Positions 22,935-37,123 of a stretch of DNA of 64,000 bases are shown here, one piece after another. Position 1 is the stretch's first letter. The number at the start of each line of letters is the position of its first letter. The notes beneath the pieces were generated by a model that ran no database searches, was not told the origin of the DNA, and saw only the letters and a program-made list of their open reading frames with translations. Origin of the DNA: Mobula hypostoma (taxonomy: Eukaryota); the NCBI RefSeq assembly GCF_963921235.1, contig NC_086108.1:109432001-109496000 (forward strand), given 5' to 3'. The position numbers and the translations under genes are program-made.

Positions 22935-24855
22935 TTACTGTATGCCAACATCAGTGAACTTGAGACCAGGTATCCGGAGGCTTTGCTCACTACAGCCGGG
23001 GACTTTAACCAGGCCAACCTCAGAAAGGCGCTGCCAAAGTTATACCAACATGTCTCCTGCCCCACTAGAGGCCAGGATATACTTGACCACTGCTACACAG
23101 CAGTCAAGGATGCCTACCATTCCGTCCCACGACCTCACTTTGGAAAATTGGACCATCAGGCCGTACTCCTCCTCCCGGCTTACAAACAGAAACTGAAGCA
23201 GGAGGTCACTGTGTCAAAAGTGGTGTCACGTTGGACGGAGGAAACGGATGAGGTCCTCCGTGACTGCTTTGAATTGGTGGACTGGTTAGTATTCAAGGAC
23301 TCCACAGCTAACCTCGATGAGTATGCCTCAGCTGTCACGGACTTTATTTGGAAATGCACAGAGGACTGTGTGTCTCACAAGACAATCCGGGTATTCCCTA
23401 ACCGGAAACCTTGGGTGAATTATGAGGTCGAGTCCCTTTTAAAGGCTAGAGCTGCAGCTTTTAGGTCCGGGGATACCAGTCGCTACATGGAATCCAAGCG
23501 TGAACTCCGGAAAGCCATTAAGGGCGCCAAGAGGCAATATCGAGCCAAGTTGGAAGCCCAGGCTAACCAGAGGGATGTCGGTAGACTATGGCAGGGTCTA
23601 AATGAGATCACTGGGTGAAAAGAAAAGGCTGGGAATATCAATAACTGTGGCGCTTCTCTTCCTGACGAACACCTGGAGAATAAAGACACATACGTACGGC
23701 TCCTTTTCATTGACTTACAGCTCTGCCTTTAATACCATCATTCCAAATAAACTGATTCCTAAGCTCTGGAACCCGGGCCTTAGCACTCAGATCTGCAGCT
23801 AGATCTTCAACTTCCTCACAGACAGGACCCCGGCTGTAAAATTAGGGGACAAGCTCTCCTCTACAATCACTCTGAGCACTGGTGCCCCACAAGGCTGTGT
23901 ACTCAGCCCCCTGCTGTACTCACTGTACACCCATGATTGTGTAGCCAGGTTTCCATCGAACTCAATATATAAGTTTGCTGATGATGCAACAATTGTAGGC
24001 CGTATCTCGGGTAATGATGAGTTTGAGTACAGAGAGGAAATTAAGAACCTGGTGGCATGGTGTGAAGACAATAACCTATCCCTCAACGTCAGCAAGACGA
24101 AGGAATTAGTTGCTGACTTGAGAACGAGTAGCGGACCGCATGACCCAATTTACATCAGTGGTGTGCAAGTGGAACAGGTCAAAAGCTTTAAGTTCCTCGG
24201 GGTCAATATCACAAATGACGTCCAACCAAGCAGAGTCCACTGCCAAGAAGGCCCACCAGCGCCTTTACTTCCTGAGAAAGCTAAAGAAATTTGGCCTGTC
24301 CCCTAAAACCCTCACTAATTTTTATAGATACACCATAGAAAGCATTCTTCTAGGGTGCATCACAACCTGGTATGGAAGTTGTCCTGTCCAAGACCGGAAG
24401 AAGCTGCAGAAGATCGTGAACACAGCCCAGCACATCACACAAACCTATCTTCCGTCCTTGGACTCACTTTACACCGCACGCTGTCGGAGCAGTGCTGCCA
24501 GGATAATCAAGGACACGACCCACCCAGCCAACACACTTTTCGTCCCTCTTCCCTCCGGGAGAAGGTTCAGGAGCTTGAAGACTCGTACAGCCAGATTTGG
24601 GAACAGCTTCTTTCCAACTGTGATAAGACTGCTGAATGGATCCTGACCCGGATCTGGGCCGTACCCTCCAAATATCCGGATCTGCCTCTTGGTTTTTTTT
24701 TGCACTACCTCACTTTCCCTTTTCTATTTTCTATTTATGACATAATTTAAATTTTACATTTTTTAATATTTACTATTGATTTGTAATCCAACCGCTGTGA
24801 TGATTGTATGCTCTAGTATCAGTTGTTTGGCGACAATAAAGCAAAGTAAAGTAAA
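22935..24855 (+). mobile_element. Rex1/Babar LINE, 5'-truncated, with an internal RT deletion
   Basis: APE C-terminus (AGDFNQANL, LDHCY, DH), RT motifs SSAFNTI, GAPQGCVLSPLLYSLYT, KFADD; jump SLPDE to HLENK at about 23670; (AAGTA)n tail. Confidence 0.92.
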
Positions 24856-24989
24856 ATATTATCAAACTGCAAAATGTAATGTCAGCACTGTTATGCTGTT
24901 CCTGGTCCTTCCTGTCATTTCCCAGGCTGTGGAAGTACAGGGTTTCAAGGAAGGGCATATGGCTGTGACCATCCCATCCACCTCCCCTC

Positions 24990-25250
24990 CACTATAAGAT
25001 AAATCCTATCCTTGTCCACTCCATCTAGGCCTTTCAATAGTTGATGGGTTTAATGATATCCCCCTTCATTCTTCTAAACTCCAGTGAGTACAAGCCCAGA
25101 TCCATCAAACACTCCTCATACATTAACCGTATCATTCTCGTGAGCCTCCTTTGGTCCCTCTCCAATGCCAGCACATTCTTTCTCAGATAAGGGGCCCAAA
25201 ACTGCTCACAATACTCCAAGTGTGGCCTGAAGAATGCCTTATAAAGCCTC
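24990..25250 (-). mobile_element. CR1 LINE fragment
   Basis: EYCEQFWAPYLRKNVLALER..LYSLEFRRM. Confidence 0.8.
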
Positions 25251-26849
25251 AGAGTCTCAAGGCCTCAAAGCCAGAGCTGAGCCCTCTGAAATCTTGCCAA
25301 CAGCTCAAGGAAAGGCTCAGAGAAGATTCAACGGCGCATGTCAGAAAGGCACTGGTTTCCAGTTTTAGTCGACGTCGCTAGTGCCTGGCTCATCTCACGG
25401 TCAAATTATCGCTGTGCATATGTGTTACCATCTGTCAGAGCTGGGTATCTCGAGCAGTCTGCGGCCCAGGTTGAACTGGACGATTACCAAACATTCTCTG
25501 TTAGTCAAGAGGGAAAAAAAAACATCAGCACTTTGAAATCAAATTGGCCCTTCCTTTGACTTTTCTCCAAGAATAGATTACATTTGCACAGTATATTGTT
25601 TGGCACAATTTTCAGACCAATTCCATGCATGACCAAGCCAAATTAGGATCTCTGAGTCTTTGTGCCCGGCCCTTTGCCAATCTTCCAGGATTCCCTATAG
25701 GAGTTCTGGAACGTGGCTGCAAGAAGCAAGGGAGATTAGTCATCAGAACAAAACTAAGATTAGGGATGGCGTTGTAATGTAGTGCTTTGCAGCACCAGTG
25801 ACCTGCATTGCATTCCCGCCGCTGTCTGTAAGGAGTTTGTACCTTCTCCCCGTGACCTCGTGGGCTCCTCCGGGTGCTCCAGTTTCCGCCCAGATTCCAA
25901 AGACAAACCGGTGCATAAGTTGCCATGTTGGTAACATGGGTGTAACTGGGCAGTGTAGGCTTGTTAAGCCGGAAGGGCCTGTTATTGTGTTGTATCTCTA
26001 AAGCTGAAAACAGACAAGGCTTTATTTATAGAGCCACAATGCAGGGCAATAGGCCATTCAGCCCATCTAGTCCATGCCGAAAAAGATGTCCGTCTAGTCC
26101 TGTCCCATTTGCCCGCATTTGGTAAATACCTTTATGCCTCTACCACTAACCAAGGGCTCCATGAACCGCCAGTTGGGAACCCCGGCTCTAAATCTTTCCC
26201 AGCCATGTACCTCTCCAAGTGTCTTTTAAACATTGTTAATGTACCTGGCTCAGCCACTTCCTTCGGCTGCTCAATCTACACACAGATTGCCCACTGGGGG
26301 AAAACATTGCCCCTGGGTAGCATGGTAGTGTAGCAGTTAGCATAAGACATTATAGCGCCAGTGATAGGAAGATTAGGGTTCGATTCCCACCTCTGTCTGG
26401 AAGGAGTTTGTATGTTCTCCCCATGACCGCGTGGGTTTCCCCCGGGTGCTCTGCTTTCCTCCCACAGTCCAAAGATGTACAGGTTGGTTAGTTAGGGCTA
26501 GTAAGTTGTGGGCGTGCAATGTTGGTGCCAGTATCACAGTGACACTTGCAGGCTGCCCCCAGCACATCCTCAGACAGTGTTGATCGTTGACACAAATGAC
26601 ACATTTCACTGTATGTTCTGACATTTCAGAAGACCAAAACATAGGAGCAGAATCAGACCATTTTGCCCATTAGATCTGCTCCGCCATTTCATCATGACTG
26701 ATTTATTATCCCTCTCAAGACCATTCTGATTCAAGATTATTTAATGTCATTTACTGTACACAAGTGTAAGAACAAAACAATTGTTACTCTAGATCCGATG
26801 CAGCACAAAAGATAAAGAACACGATAATAATAATTAAAAACACACAATT

Positions 26850-27665
26850 CCAGCAAGATGGCAGTATGTTCAGACGCAGTGGCCTCTGAGGGGGCCTACG
26901 TAAAGTGCTCTTTCTCTTTGTTATATGTGTTTTTTTAAGGTCACAAGGCGGTGCTGGGCTCCTGGAGCTTCAGGTGCTGTGGTTCCAGCCCGTCAGCGAG
27001 CTGCTCGTTGATCGGAGGAATGGGGCGTCCAGGGAGAGTTGGTTGGTGTGTCGGTACTGGTGCCGGCCAGCGTGTTGGAACTGGGGCTGGCCAGCCGGCA
27101 TGTCAGCGGAACTGGACTGTGTTTGGAGGAGCGGGTCTGGGCGCAGACCGTGTTGCTGCCCGCTACACAGAGGCATCGGAGATGGTGCGTGAAGGCAGCG
27201 TGCAGCATAACCATGGATGTTTCTCTTGTGATTGATGGACATTGATAATGTAAAATGCCATAGGCCTACTACCCTTGTTTGATGTTGAGGCAGGCAGCGT
27301 GGGAGCTGCATTGTCTCAACTGTAGCAAGGGGTAGGCCTCAATCTATGTCTAGGAGAGCGACACTGGGGCTGGTGTAGTGTGGCATCCATGCTTGGTTAG
27401 GGACTGGCTCTCCCATTGGTGCTGCCCTCCAGTGTTCGATCGGTGGAATGACAGGCCGGATTTCAGTGGCTGTGCACTGCGGGGAATCTGTACAATCAGG
27501 GTCTTGGATTATATATGTCTTTTTTTGCGTGGCTATATTTTTTTACACACTCGTTTGAATGTGCTGTGTATGTTTTGCACCCTAGCCCCAGAGGAATGCT
27601 GTTTCGTTCAGCTGTATTCAGGTATGGTTGAATGATAATTAAACTGGAATTTGATTTGACTTTGA
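26850..27665 (+). mobile_element. Non-autonomous retroposon with a GC-rich 5' half
   Basis: Starts CAAGATGGCAG; ends ATTAAACTGGAATTTGATTTGACTTTGA; its 5' end is homologous to the minus-strand fragment at about 280-360. Confidence 0.55.
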
Positions 27666-27739
27666 TAAATATAAATACTTATACAGCTTATATACATAGA
27701 TTGATTGTATGCCCATAAAGTGATGCTAGAGAATCATTC

Positions 27740-28110
27740 TTTTGCCTCCTTTCTGTAACCGTAGGCACCCTAACTAATCAAGAATCTATCAACTTCCGTT
27801 TTAAATATACCTAATGATTTGGCCTCAACAGTCATCTGTGACAATGAATTCCCCAGATTCACCCTCATCCCTGTTCTAAAGCTACATCCTTCTATTCTGA
27901 GGCTGTGCTTTCTGGTCCTGGGCTCCCTCACAATAAGAAACATCTGCTCTATCTAGGCCATTTATTATTCCATAAGTTTCAATGAAATCCTTCCTCATTC
28001 TTCTAAACTCCAGTGAGTACAGACCCAGAGCCATCAAATGCTCCTCATGTGTTAACCCTTTCATTCCCAGGATCATTCTTGTGAACCCCCTCTGGACCCT
28101 CTCCAATGCC
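27740..28110 (-). mobile_element. CR1 LINE fragment
   Basis: ALERVQRGFTRMI..LYSLEFRRMR. Confidence 0.8.
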
Positions 28111-28769
28111 AAAAGTTTCAATGTACATGTGACAAATAGAGTTAATATTTAAATCTAATCGTTTGATAAAGCTAATCTGAGTTGAAGGCGTAGCCCAGAC
28201 AATCATGCAAACCAGCCTCCTCTCTATTGGCTCCAGCGATACTTCACACTGTCTAGGGAAAGCGTCAACATAATGAAGGAACCTTCCCACCCCAGAATTT
28301 CTCACTCCTCCCGCTCACCACTCAGCAGGCGGAAGTTATGACAGTGTGGTAGAAGCTGTCCTTGAGCCTGGTGGAACGTGCTTTCAGGATTTTGTATCTT
28401 CTGCCCAACAGGAGGAGAGAGAAGAGAGAATGTCTTGGGGTGGGTGGGGTTTTTAGTCATACTGGCTGCTTTACTGAGGCAGTGAGAAGTACAGACAGAG
28501 TCCATGGAGGGGAGGCTGTTTTCCTTGACGTGCTGAGCTGTGTCCACAACTCTCCACAGTTCCTTGAAAGCTGAGGCTAATTGGCACACAGCAAGATCCC
28601 ATGAACAGCAACAGGATGAGGGCCAGGTAATCGGCTTTGGCTGTGTTGGCAGATGGCAATCACACTGAGGGTTTCCCTCCCCCTCTTTCCACTGTGCCCA
28701 TGGGTTTGGAACAATCAAGTGAATTGCCTGGCTACATCGCAGGAGGACGAAAGGGAGCAACATGCACAT

Positions 28770-29060
28770 ACAGAGTGCTGGAGGAACTCAGCAGGTCAGG
28801 CAGCATCCAGGGAGTCGGGCGAAGACTCTTCATCAGGACTGGAAAGAAAGGGGGAAGACTCCAGAATAAAATGGTGGGGTGGGGGAGGGGGGAGGGGCAG
28901 GGGGAGAAGGGGGAACAAGCTGGAATATGATTGGCGGATCCAGGAGAGTTGGAAAGGTGAAGGGCGGAGAAGAATAAATCTGATAGGAGTATGACGATGA
29001 GTGCTGGCAATATCGGAAGCCAAGGGCAGAGGAAAGACAGAATCCAATGAGAGAAGGTGA
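28770..29060 (-). mobile_element. Penelope-like pseudo-LTR fragment
   Basis: Minus strand CAGTCCTGATGAAGAGTC...GATGCTGCCTGACCTGCTGAGTTCCTCCAGC. Confidence 0.7.
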
Positions 29061-30191
29061 CGAGAGTTCGCTCACAGCGATTCCAAAAAAGCAACAGTGC
29101 TTTGGCTGAGCGACACCGCGAGAATAACATTCTCATAACTTTCACCCTTCACCCTTAACCCATGACCTCTAGTTGTAGTCTCACCCAACCTCAGTAGAAA
29201 AGCCTGCTCACATTTACCCTATCGGTACAACTCGTAACTATAGAGTCATGGAGTTAATGTGCTTCACTACCAGTCATCTCACAGACTCGTTTGGATGAAA
29301 ACGCAGACAGGTTAAGCCAAGCAGAAACTGCTCTGTGATCTGTATTCCTCTATCAAATCTCCCCTCGTTCTCCTATGGTCCAGGGAATAAAGTCCTAATT
29401 TCCTGGAATGTAATTAGTTCTGACAGAAACTAAATGCTAGCCATCAACAGCATCAGGCACGTACTTTCACGGACATCCCATGGCCGATCTCAGCACAATG
29501 GTGTTGAAACAGCATACAGTTCCCACCTGAACTGACTTCACTGCTGTGGCCTGCAGCAAGCAGGTACCTGAACTGGCCGCAGCGCTAAACTGTGAACTCA
29601 CTTCCAGGGACTCTGCATTTCATGTACTGCATATTATTTGTTGACTATTTTTAATGTTTGCACGATTTCTTCTCTTTTCGCACATTGGATGTTTGACGGT
29701 CTTTGTGGTGTGGGTTTTTTTTTTGCGGATTCTAGTGTGTTTCTTTGTTTTGTGGCTGCCTGGATGATTCTCAAGGTTGTATATGGTATACATACTTTGT
29801 TAATAAATTTACTTTGAACTTTGAAATTGAGCTTTTGAACTTGAGTTCAAAAGAAGATGATGATCACACTCATAATCTACCAGATGTGTGAAGCGTGACA
29901 CACGGAACTTATCAGTTCTGCTGAGGTGAATCATTTGAGGAAGCTTCCTGAGTGACCTGTGAGCTTTCGCTGGGACGGTACATAATTCTGTACTTCCACA
30001 CAAATGATCAAAGGAGATCATGTAACCAGCAAATATATACCAGCTCATTGAGTAATCCCATTTCCCAGACTCCTGAACCAGCATGGATAACTTCACTCAC
30101 CTCAACACTGAACTGATTCCATAACCTATGGGCTCAATTTCAAGCACTCTACAACTCATGGTCTCAGTATTATTTATTTATTTACTATTAT

Positions 30192-33140
30192 GGTAGATTC
30201 TCGTTAATTAGGACACATCAGGACCAGTACATTTTGGCCCAAGTCAGTGGCTGTTCCAATTAGCCAAAGTTTTATGGAAATAGTTAAAATGGTCTAAAAA
30301 AGACAATAGACAATAGGTGCAGGAGTAGGCCATTCGGCCCTCGAGCCAGCACCACCATTCACTGTGATCATGGCTGATCATCCACAATCAGTACCCCATT
30401 CCTGCCTTCTCCTTATATCCCTTGACTCTGCTTTCATTAAGAGCTCTATCTAACTCTTTCTTGAAAGCATCCAGAGAATTGGCCTCCACTGCCTTCTGAG
30501 GCAGAGCATTCCACAGATCCACAACTCTCTGGGTGAAAAAGTTTTTCCTCAACTCCGTTCTAAATGGCCTACCCCTTATTCTGAAGTTGTGGCCTCTGGT
30601 TCTGGACTCACCCATCAGTGGGAACATGCTTCCTGCCTCCAGTGTGTCCAATCCCTTAATAATCTTATATGTTTCAATAAGATCCCTTCTCATCCTTCTA
30701 AATTCCAGTGTATACAAGCCCAGTCACTCCAATCTTTCAACATACAACAGTCCCTCCACCCCGGGAATTAACCTCGTGAACCTACGCTGTACTCCCTCAA
30801 TAGCAAGAATGTTCTTCCTCAAATTTGGAGACCAAAACTGTACACGATACTCTAGGTGGGGTCTCACCAGGGCCCTGCAGAACTGCAGAAGGACCTCTTT
30901 GCTCCTATACTCAACTCCCCTTGTCATGAAGGCCAAGATGCCATTAGCTTTCTTCACTGCCTGCTGTACCTGCATGTTTACTTTCAGTGACTGATGAACA
31001 TGGACACCTAGATCCTATTGTACTTCCCCTTTTCCCAACTTGACACCATTCAAATAGTAATCTGCCTTCCTGTTCTTGTCACCAAAGTGGATAACCTCAC
31101 ATTTATGCACATTAAACTGCATCTGTCATGCATCTGCCCACTCACCCAGCCTGTCCAAGTCATCCTGCATTATCACAACATCCTCCGCATATTTCACACT
31201 GCCACCCAGCTTTGTGTCATCTGCAAATTTGCTAATGTTACTTTTAATCCCTTCATCTAAATCATTAATGTATATTGTAAATAGCTGCGGTCCCAGCACC
31301 GAGCCTTGCGGTACCCCACTACCTGCCATTCTGAAAGGGACCCGTTAATCCCTATTTTTTGTTTCCTGTCTGCCAGCCAATTTTCTATCCATGTCAGTAC
31401 CCTACCCCCAATACCATGTATTCTAATTTTGCCCACTAATCTCCTATGTGAGACCTTATCAAAGGCTTTCTGAAAGTCCAGGTACATTACATCCACTGGC
31501 TCTCTCTTGTCCATTTTCATTGTTTCATCCTCAAAAAATTCCAGAAGATTAGTCAAGCATGATTTCCCCTTTGTAAATCCATGCTGACTTGGACCAATCC
31601 TGTTACTGCTATCCAAATGTGCCACTATTTCATCCTTTATAATTGACTCCAGCGTCTTCCCCACCACTGATGTCAGGCTAACTGGTCTATAATTTCCTGT
31701 TTTCTCTCTCCCTCCTTTCTTAAAAAGTGGGATAACATTAGCTACCCTCCAGTCCTCAGGAACTGATCCTGAATCTATAGAACATGGGAAATAATTACCA
31801 ATGCGTCCACGATTTCTAGAGCCACCTCCTTAAGTACCCTGAGGTGCAGACCATCAGGCCCTAGGGATTTATCAGCCTTCAGTCCCATCAGTCTATCCAA
31901 CACCATTTTCTGCCTAATGTGAATCTCCTTCAGTTCATCCATTACCCTAGGTCCTCCGGCCACTGCTACATCTGGGAGATTGTTTGTGTCTTCCCTAATG
32001 AAGACAGATCCAAAGTACCTGTTCAACTTGTCTGCCATTTCCTCGTTCCCCACAATAAATTCACCCTTTTCTGTCTTCAAGGGCCTAACTTTGGTCTTAA
32101 CTACTTTTTTTCCTTTTCACATACCTAAAGAAGCGTTTACTATCCTCCTTTATATTCTTGGCTAGCTTGCCTTTGTATCTCATCTTTTCTCCCCGTATTG
32201 CCTTTTTAGTTATCCTCTGTGCTCTTTAAATGCTTCCCAATCCTCTAGCTTCCCACTCATCTTTGTTATGTTATACTTCTTTTCTTTTATTTTTATACTG
32301 TCCATGACTTCCCTTGTCAGCCACGGTCGCCCCTTACTCCCCTTAGAATCTTTCTTCCTCTTTGGAATGAACTGATCCTGCACCTTCTGTTTTATTCCCA
32401 GAAATACCTGCCATTGTTGTTCCACTGTCATCCCTGCTAGGGTATCTTTCCAGTCAACTTTGGCCAGCTCCTCCCTCAAGACTCCATAGTCCCCTTTGTT
32501 CAACTCCAATACTGACACTTCCGATTTTCCCTTCTCCCTCTCAAATTGTGGATTAAAACTTATCATAATATGGTCACTACCTCCTAAAGACAAACTGTTT
32601 AACTCAGCAATAAATTATAAGACCATATGCCCATAATTTACGTACATATTCATGGATGCATTTATTTAAATGAGATACAGAACAGTTAAGACACCTTATT
32701 ACCACCACAGTACTATCAAACTGTGTTTTAGTTCCTAATAGTTATCGGCAGAGAAATTTGTCCAGAGTACGCTGCCATGTTCTTTTGACTGACGGTAAAT
32801 AAACAAATTCAGTGTGGACACCTAGTGCAGGTAGTGAGCTGCCTTCACACCGTGTTTTCAAATATTGCATCCACCAAATCTTCATTTTCATTGTAATAGT
32901 CAAGATGATTATCAATACCTTCAAATTCTTGGTAGTTCCTAACTTGTTGAAGTAGTGAAATTGTTTCATTTTCACTCCCGGCCATTTCTGGAATCTCCAA
33001 GCCTGAATGCTTGAAACCGCAGTGAGCAAAGCAGTTCTGAATTGTCTTCCTGCTTAATTCTTGCCAACTAACTGTGACAAAAATCACTCCTCTTGAACAC
33101 AAGCATACGCTGCTGATGCTCTTTAAAAGCTGTACTAAGC
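30192..33140 (-). mobile_element. Tigger/pogo-type DNA transposon remnant split by a CR1 (30192-30306 and 32586-33140)
   Basis: SWQELSRKTIQNCFAHCGF, a pogo/Tigger transposase C-terminal motif; TIR-like end at 30192. Confidence 0.65.
30307..32585 (-). mobile_element. CR1 LINE, 5'-truncated (APE end, RT, 3' UTR), 8-bp TSD
   Basis: [54 protein letters not shown] at 30299-30306 and 32586-32593. Confidence 0.95.
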
Positions 33141-33519
33141 ACAGTGTTCTTAGTACTATTTAATATTTATTTATTTTTTCATTTGTTCGGTTTGTCGTCT
33201 TCTGAGTGCGATCATCAGCTTCTTTCTATCGTTTTTTTCAGTGATTCGTTTGGGGTTCTTTGCATCTATTGTGAATGCCCACAAGAAAACCAATCTCAGG
33301 GTAGTATGTACGTACAAATACGTACTTTGATAATAAACTTTGAACTTTTTGAACCCTTAGAGCGAGGGTTAAATAGGATCATGACTTTCGGATTCATTCA
33401 TTCTTCAAAACAACATCATAGGGGTCCTTTTTTCAGTTTTTCTCTGTAAAATATCTAAAGTAGGAATGGGGTAGTAAACCCCTCCATCCAGCTCCTGCCC
33501 CCCTCCCCCATTCAATAGG

Positions 33520-34650
33520 ACCATGGTTATCCTCATCAATTTTTACAGATGCACCACAGAAGAACATCCTATCTAGATTCATCACAATCAGGTGTGGCAA
33601 CTGTCTTTCCAGATTGTGATAGTCCCAGAGGTCCGTGAGCCAATCCCCATCGGAGGATCAGCAGTAGAGAGGGTCAGCAACATTAAATTCCTGTGTTCTC
33701 ATTTCAGAGGACCTGTCCCAGACCCAGCAGACAAGTGCAATTACAAAGAAAGCACGGCAACGCCTCTACTTCCATAGGTGTTTGCAAATATTTGACATCT
33801 AAAATGTTGACAAACTTCTATAGATGTGTATTGGAAAGTATATTGACTGCCTGCACCACAGCCTGGTATGGAAACACTAATGCCCTTGAATGAAAAATCC
33901 TACAAGTAATCATCAACCAATCACTAACAAGAGAAAATCTGCAGATGCTGGAAATGCAGGCAACGCACACTAAATGCTGGAGGAACGCGGCAGGTCAGGC
34001 AGCAACTATAGAAAAGAGTACAGTCAACATTTTGGGTCAGGACCTGCCAAAGGCTCTCCGCCCAAAACATTGTCTGTATTCTTTCCCATAGATGCTGCCT
34101 GGCCTGTCGAGTTCCTGTGGCATTTTGTGCGTGTTGCTAAGAGGTAGTGGATATGGCCCAGCCCACCGTGAGCTCATCTACACGAAACACTGTTGCAGGA
34201 AAGCAGCATCAGGGTTACCCGCCACCCAGGACATGCTCTCTTCTCACCACTGCCATCAGGAAGGAGCCTCAGGACCCACATCACCAAGTTCAGGAACAAC
34301 TATCCTCAACCATCAGGCTCTTGAACCAAAGGGGATAACTTCACTCGCCCCATCATTGATATGCTTCCACAGCTAATGGATTCACTTTCGAGGACTTTTC
34401 ATCTCATGTTCTCAATATTTATTGCTTGTTTACTTATTGTTCTTATTTCTTTATTTTTGTATTTGCACAGTTTGTTGTCTCCTGCACTCTGGGTGAATGC
34501 CCTAGCTGGGTGGTCTTTCATTGATTCTGTTATGGATAATATTCCATAGCTTTACTGAGCATGCCTACAAGAAAATAAAGCTTAGGTTTGTCCATGGTGA
34601 CATACCATATATGTACTTTGATAATAAATTTACTTTGAAATTTGAACTTT
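33520..34650 (+). mobile_element. Decayed Rex1/Babar LINE 3' region
   Basis: VERVSNIKFL, LTNFYRCVLESILTACTTAWYG; tail ATAATAAATTTACTTTGAA. Confidence 0.75.
33927..34137. mobile_element. Older palindromic Penelope-like mini-insertion
   Basis: Inverted arms GCAAC..GCTGGAGGAAC..CAGTCAACATTTTGGG and CCCAAAACATTGTCTG..GTGTTGC; hammerhead core decayed. Confidence 0.7.
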
Positions 34651-34702
34651 TACCATGACGAAGTAAATTTGAAATGTTCATCATGAAAACCTGCCCCCCT
34701 TT

Positions 34703-35799
34703 CTTTCTCAATCTTTTTATTAGTTTCATAAAATATAAACATATAATAATAGTACAAAGTTATTGGAAATACATTGTTGTACTTAACATGAGTAATTATA
34801 GAACTAAATAGTACTTAATTAACAAAACTCCCAATCATATAGGATACCAATGAATAATACAGAACAAAAAAAAAATCCGGACAAAAATCATGAAAAAAGA
34901 AAAAAAAACAAAAACAAAAAAAAATAACCCCCTCAAAAAAGAATTAATCTAAACAGAATTAATCAACTAAACTGAAAAAAGACCTGGGCTGTTTTAACAT
35001 CGTAAGAACTGGGAAAAAAGAAAACTTTAGTGTCGACGACTCCGTTCCTCTCAGTCAACAGTACAGAGAAGTAAAATAAGTTTGGAAATGGTCAAATTAC
35101 ATCATATGAAAATGTTGAATAAATGGCCTCCAAGTTTACTCTTATTACTCTTGTATAAATCCTATATGTGATTATTTGTCATTCTGAGATAGCTTCTTTG
35201 ACTCACATGTTTTGGTCATGTGCTTTGTTGGAAAAATATTGGAAAGATATTTTTGACATTATTTCAACAGTTTTGAATATACTTACAATCTCACCCAAAT
35301 ACTGCTATTTTTGGGTTACCAATGATAGAATCAAATCATTTAACCTCTTCAGCTTGTCAGATGATTGCATTTCTTACTTTAATGGCTAGAAGATCCATTT
35401 TGCAGAACTGGAAAGAGATTAACCCTCCTACTATATTTCAGAAGACAATAGGTGCAGGAGTAGGCCATTCAGCCCTTCGAGCCAGCACCGCCATTCACTG
35501 TGATCATGGCTGATAATCCACTATCAGTATCCAGTTCCTGCCTTATCCCCATAACCTTTGATTCCGCTATCTTTAAGAGCTCTATCCACCTCTTTCTTGA
35601 AAGCATCCAGAGACTTGGCCTCCACAGCCTTGTGGGGCAGAGCATTCCATATATCCACCACACTCTGGGTAAAAAAGTTTCTCCTCAACTCCGTTCTAAA
35701 TGGCCTACCCCTAATTCTTTAGTTTTCACAAACTATGTCGTGTTTAACTTTGGAAAAAAAATTAGAAGTGTGGTTTACGACCCTTCCATTAAATTTGAA
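34703..35799 (-). mobile_element. L1-clade LINE with 5' inversion
   Basis: Minus-strand 3' end (TWRPFIQHFHMM*, UTR, A-rich tail) at 34703-35135; plus-strand CCHC region (C..CHSE...HMFWSC) to KFEKT at 35140-35805; TSD AAAACCTGCCYCCCTT. Confidence 0.88.
35441..35718 (-). mobile_element. CR1 3' end nested in the L1
   Basis: Close match to the 3' end of the CR1 at 30307. Confidence 0.85.
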
Positions 35800-36312
35800 A
35801 AAACCTGCCTCCCTTCTACTGACTTCGTCTATACTTCTCACTTCCTTGGGAAAGTAGTGATCATAGAATACAGCACAGTACAGGCCCTTCAGCCCATGAT
35901 GTTGTGCTGACCTTTTAACCAATTTTAAGAGGAACCTAACCCTTCGATCCTACATAGCCCTCCATTTTTCCTATCATCTGCGTGCCTATCTAAGATAATC
36001 AGGGACCTCCTCCCCACCCCCCATCCGTGGCATTCTCTCCTCACCCCTTTTTCATCAGGCAGAAGTCTGAAGGCATCTAGCACCAAGCTCGAGGGCAGCT
36101 GCTATCCCAATATTATCAGGCTCTTCAATGGACATGTTGTACAATGAAGATTTTGCTTCTCTGATATTCTGTGTCCAGGAACACCTTTTCTGAGATTCTG
36201 CTTCTCGGAGGATCTTCTCTAGTATCCTCACTCTCAGATTCAGCTTAGCAGAGATTCTCCCTGAGATTTATGTTCTCTGCAATTCAGCTATTTTTCAAAG
36301 TTAAGTTTTATT

Positions 36313-37123
36313 AGGATGCAGAAGTGGGCTGAGAAGTGGCAGATGGAGTTCAACCCAAATAAGTGAGGTGGTACACTTTGGAAGGACAAACTCCAAGGCA
36401 GAGTACAAAGTAAATGGCAGGATACTTGGTAGTGTGGAGGAGCAGAGGGATCTCGGGGTACATGTCCATAGATCCCTGAAAGTTGCCTCTCAGGTGGATA
36501 GGGTAGTTAAGAAAGCTTATGGGGTGTTAGCTTTCATAAGTCAAGGGATAGAGTTTAAGAGTCGCGATGTAATGATGCAGCTCTATAAAACTCTGGTTAG
36601 GCCACACTTGGAGTATTGTGTCCAGTTCTGGTCGCCTCACTATAGGAAGGATGTGGAAGCATTGGAAAGGGTACAGAGGAGATTTACCAGGATGCTGCCT
36701 GGTTTAGAGAGTATGCATTATGATCAGAGATTAAGGGATCTAGGGCTTTACTTTTTGGAGAGGAGGATGAGAGGAGACATGATAGAGGTGTACAAGATAA
36801 TAAGAGGAATAGATAGAGTGGATAGCCAGCACCTCTTCCCCAGGGCACCAGTGCTCAATACAAGAGGACATGGCTTTAAGGTAAGGGGTGGGAAGTTCAA
36901 GGGGGATATTAGAGGAAGGTTTTTTTACTTAGAGAGTGGTTGGCATGTGGAATGCACTGCCTGAGTCAGTGGTGGAGGCAGATACACTCGTGAAGTTTAA
37001 GAGACTACTAGACAGGTATATGGAGGAATCTAAGTTGGGGGCTTATATGGGAGGCAGGGTTTGAGGGTCAGCACAACATTGTGGGCCAAAGGGCCTGTAC
37101 TGTGCTGTACTATTCTATGTTCT
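36313..37123 (+). mobile_element. Young CR1 LINE 3' fragment
   Basis: 198-aa ORF2 piece (HFGRTN..QRDLGV..LVRPHLEYCVQFWSP); TATTCTATGTTCT tail. Confidence 0.92.

Noticed and set aside
25260..25560. Coding exon in a unique CpG-containing stretch
   Set aside because: No convincing acceptor and donor pair and no recognisable protein motif
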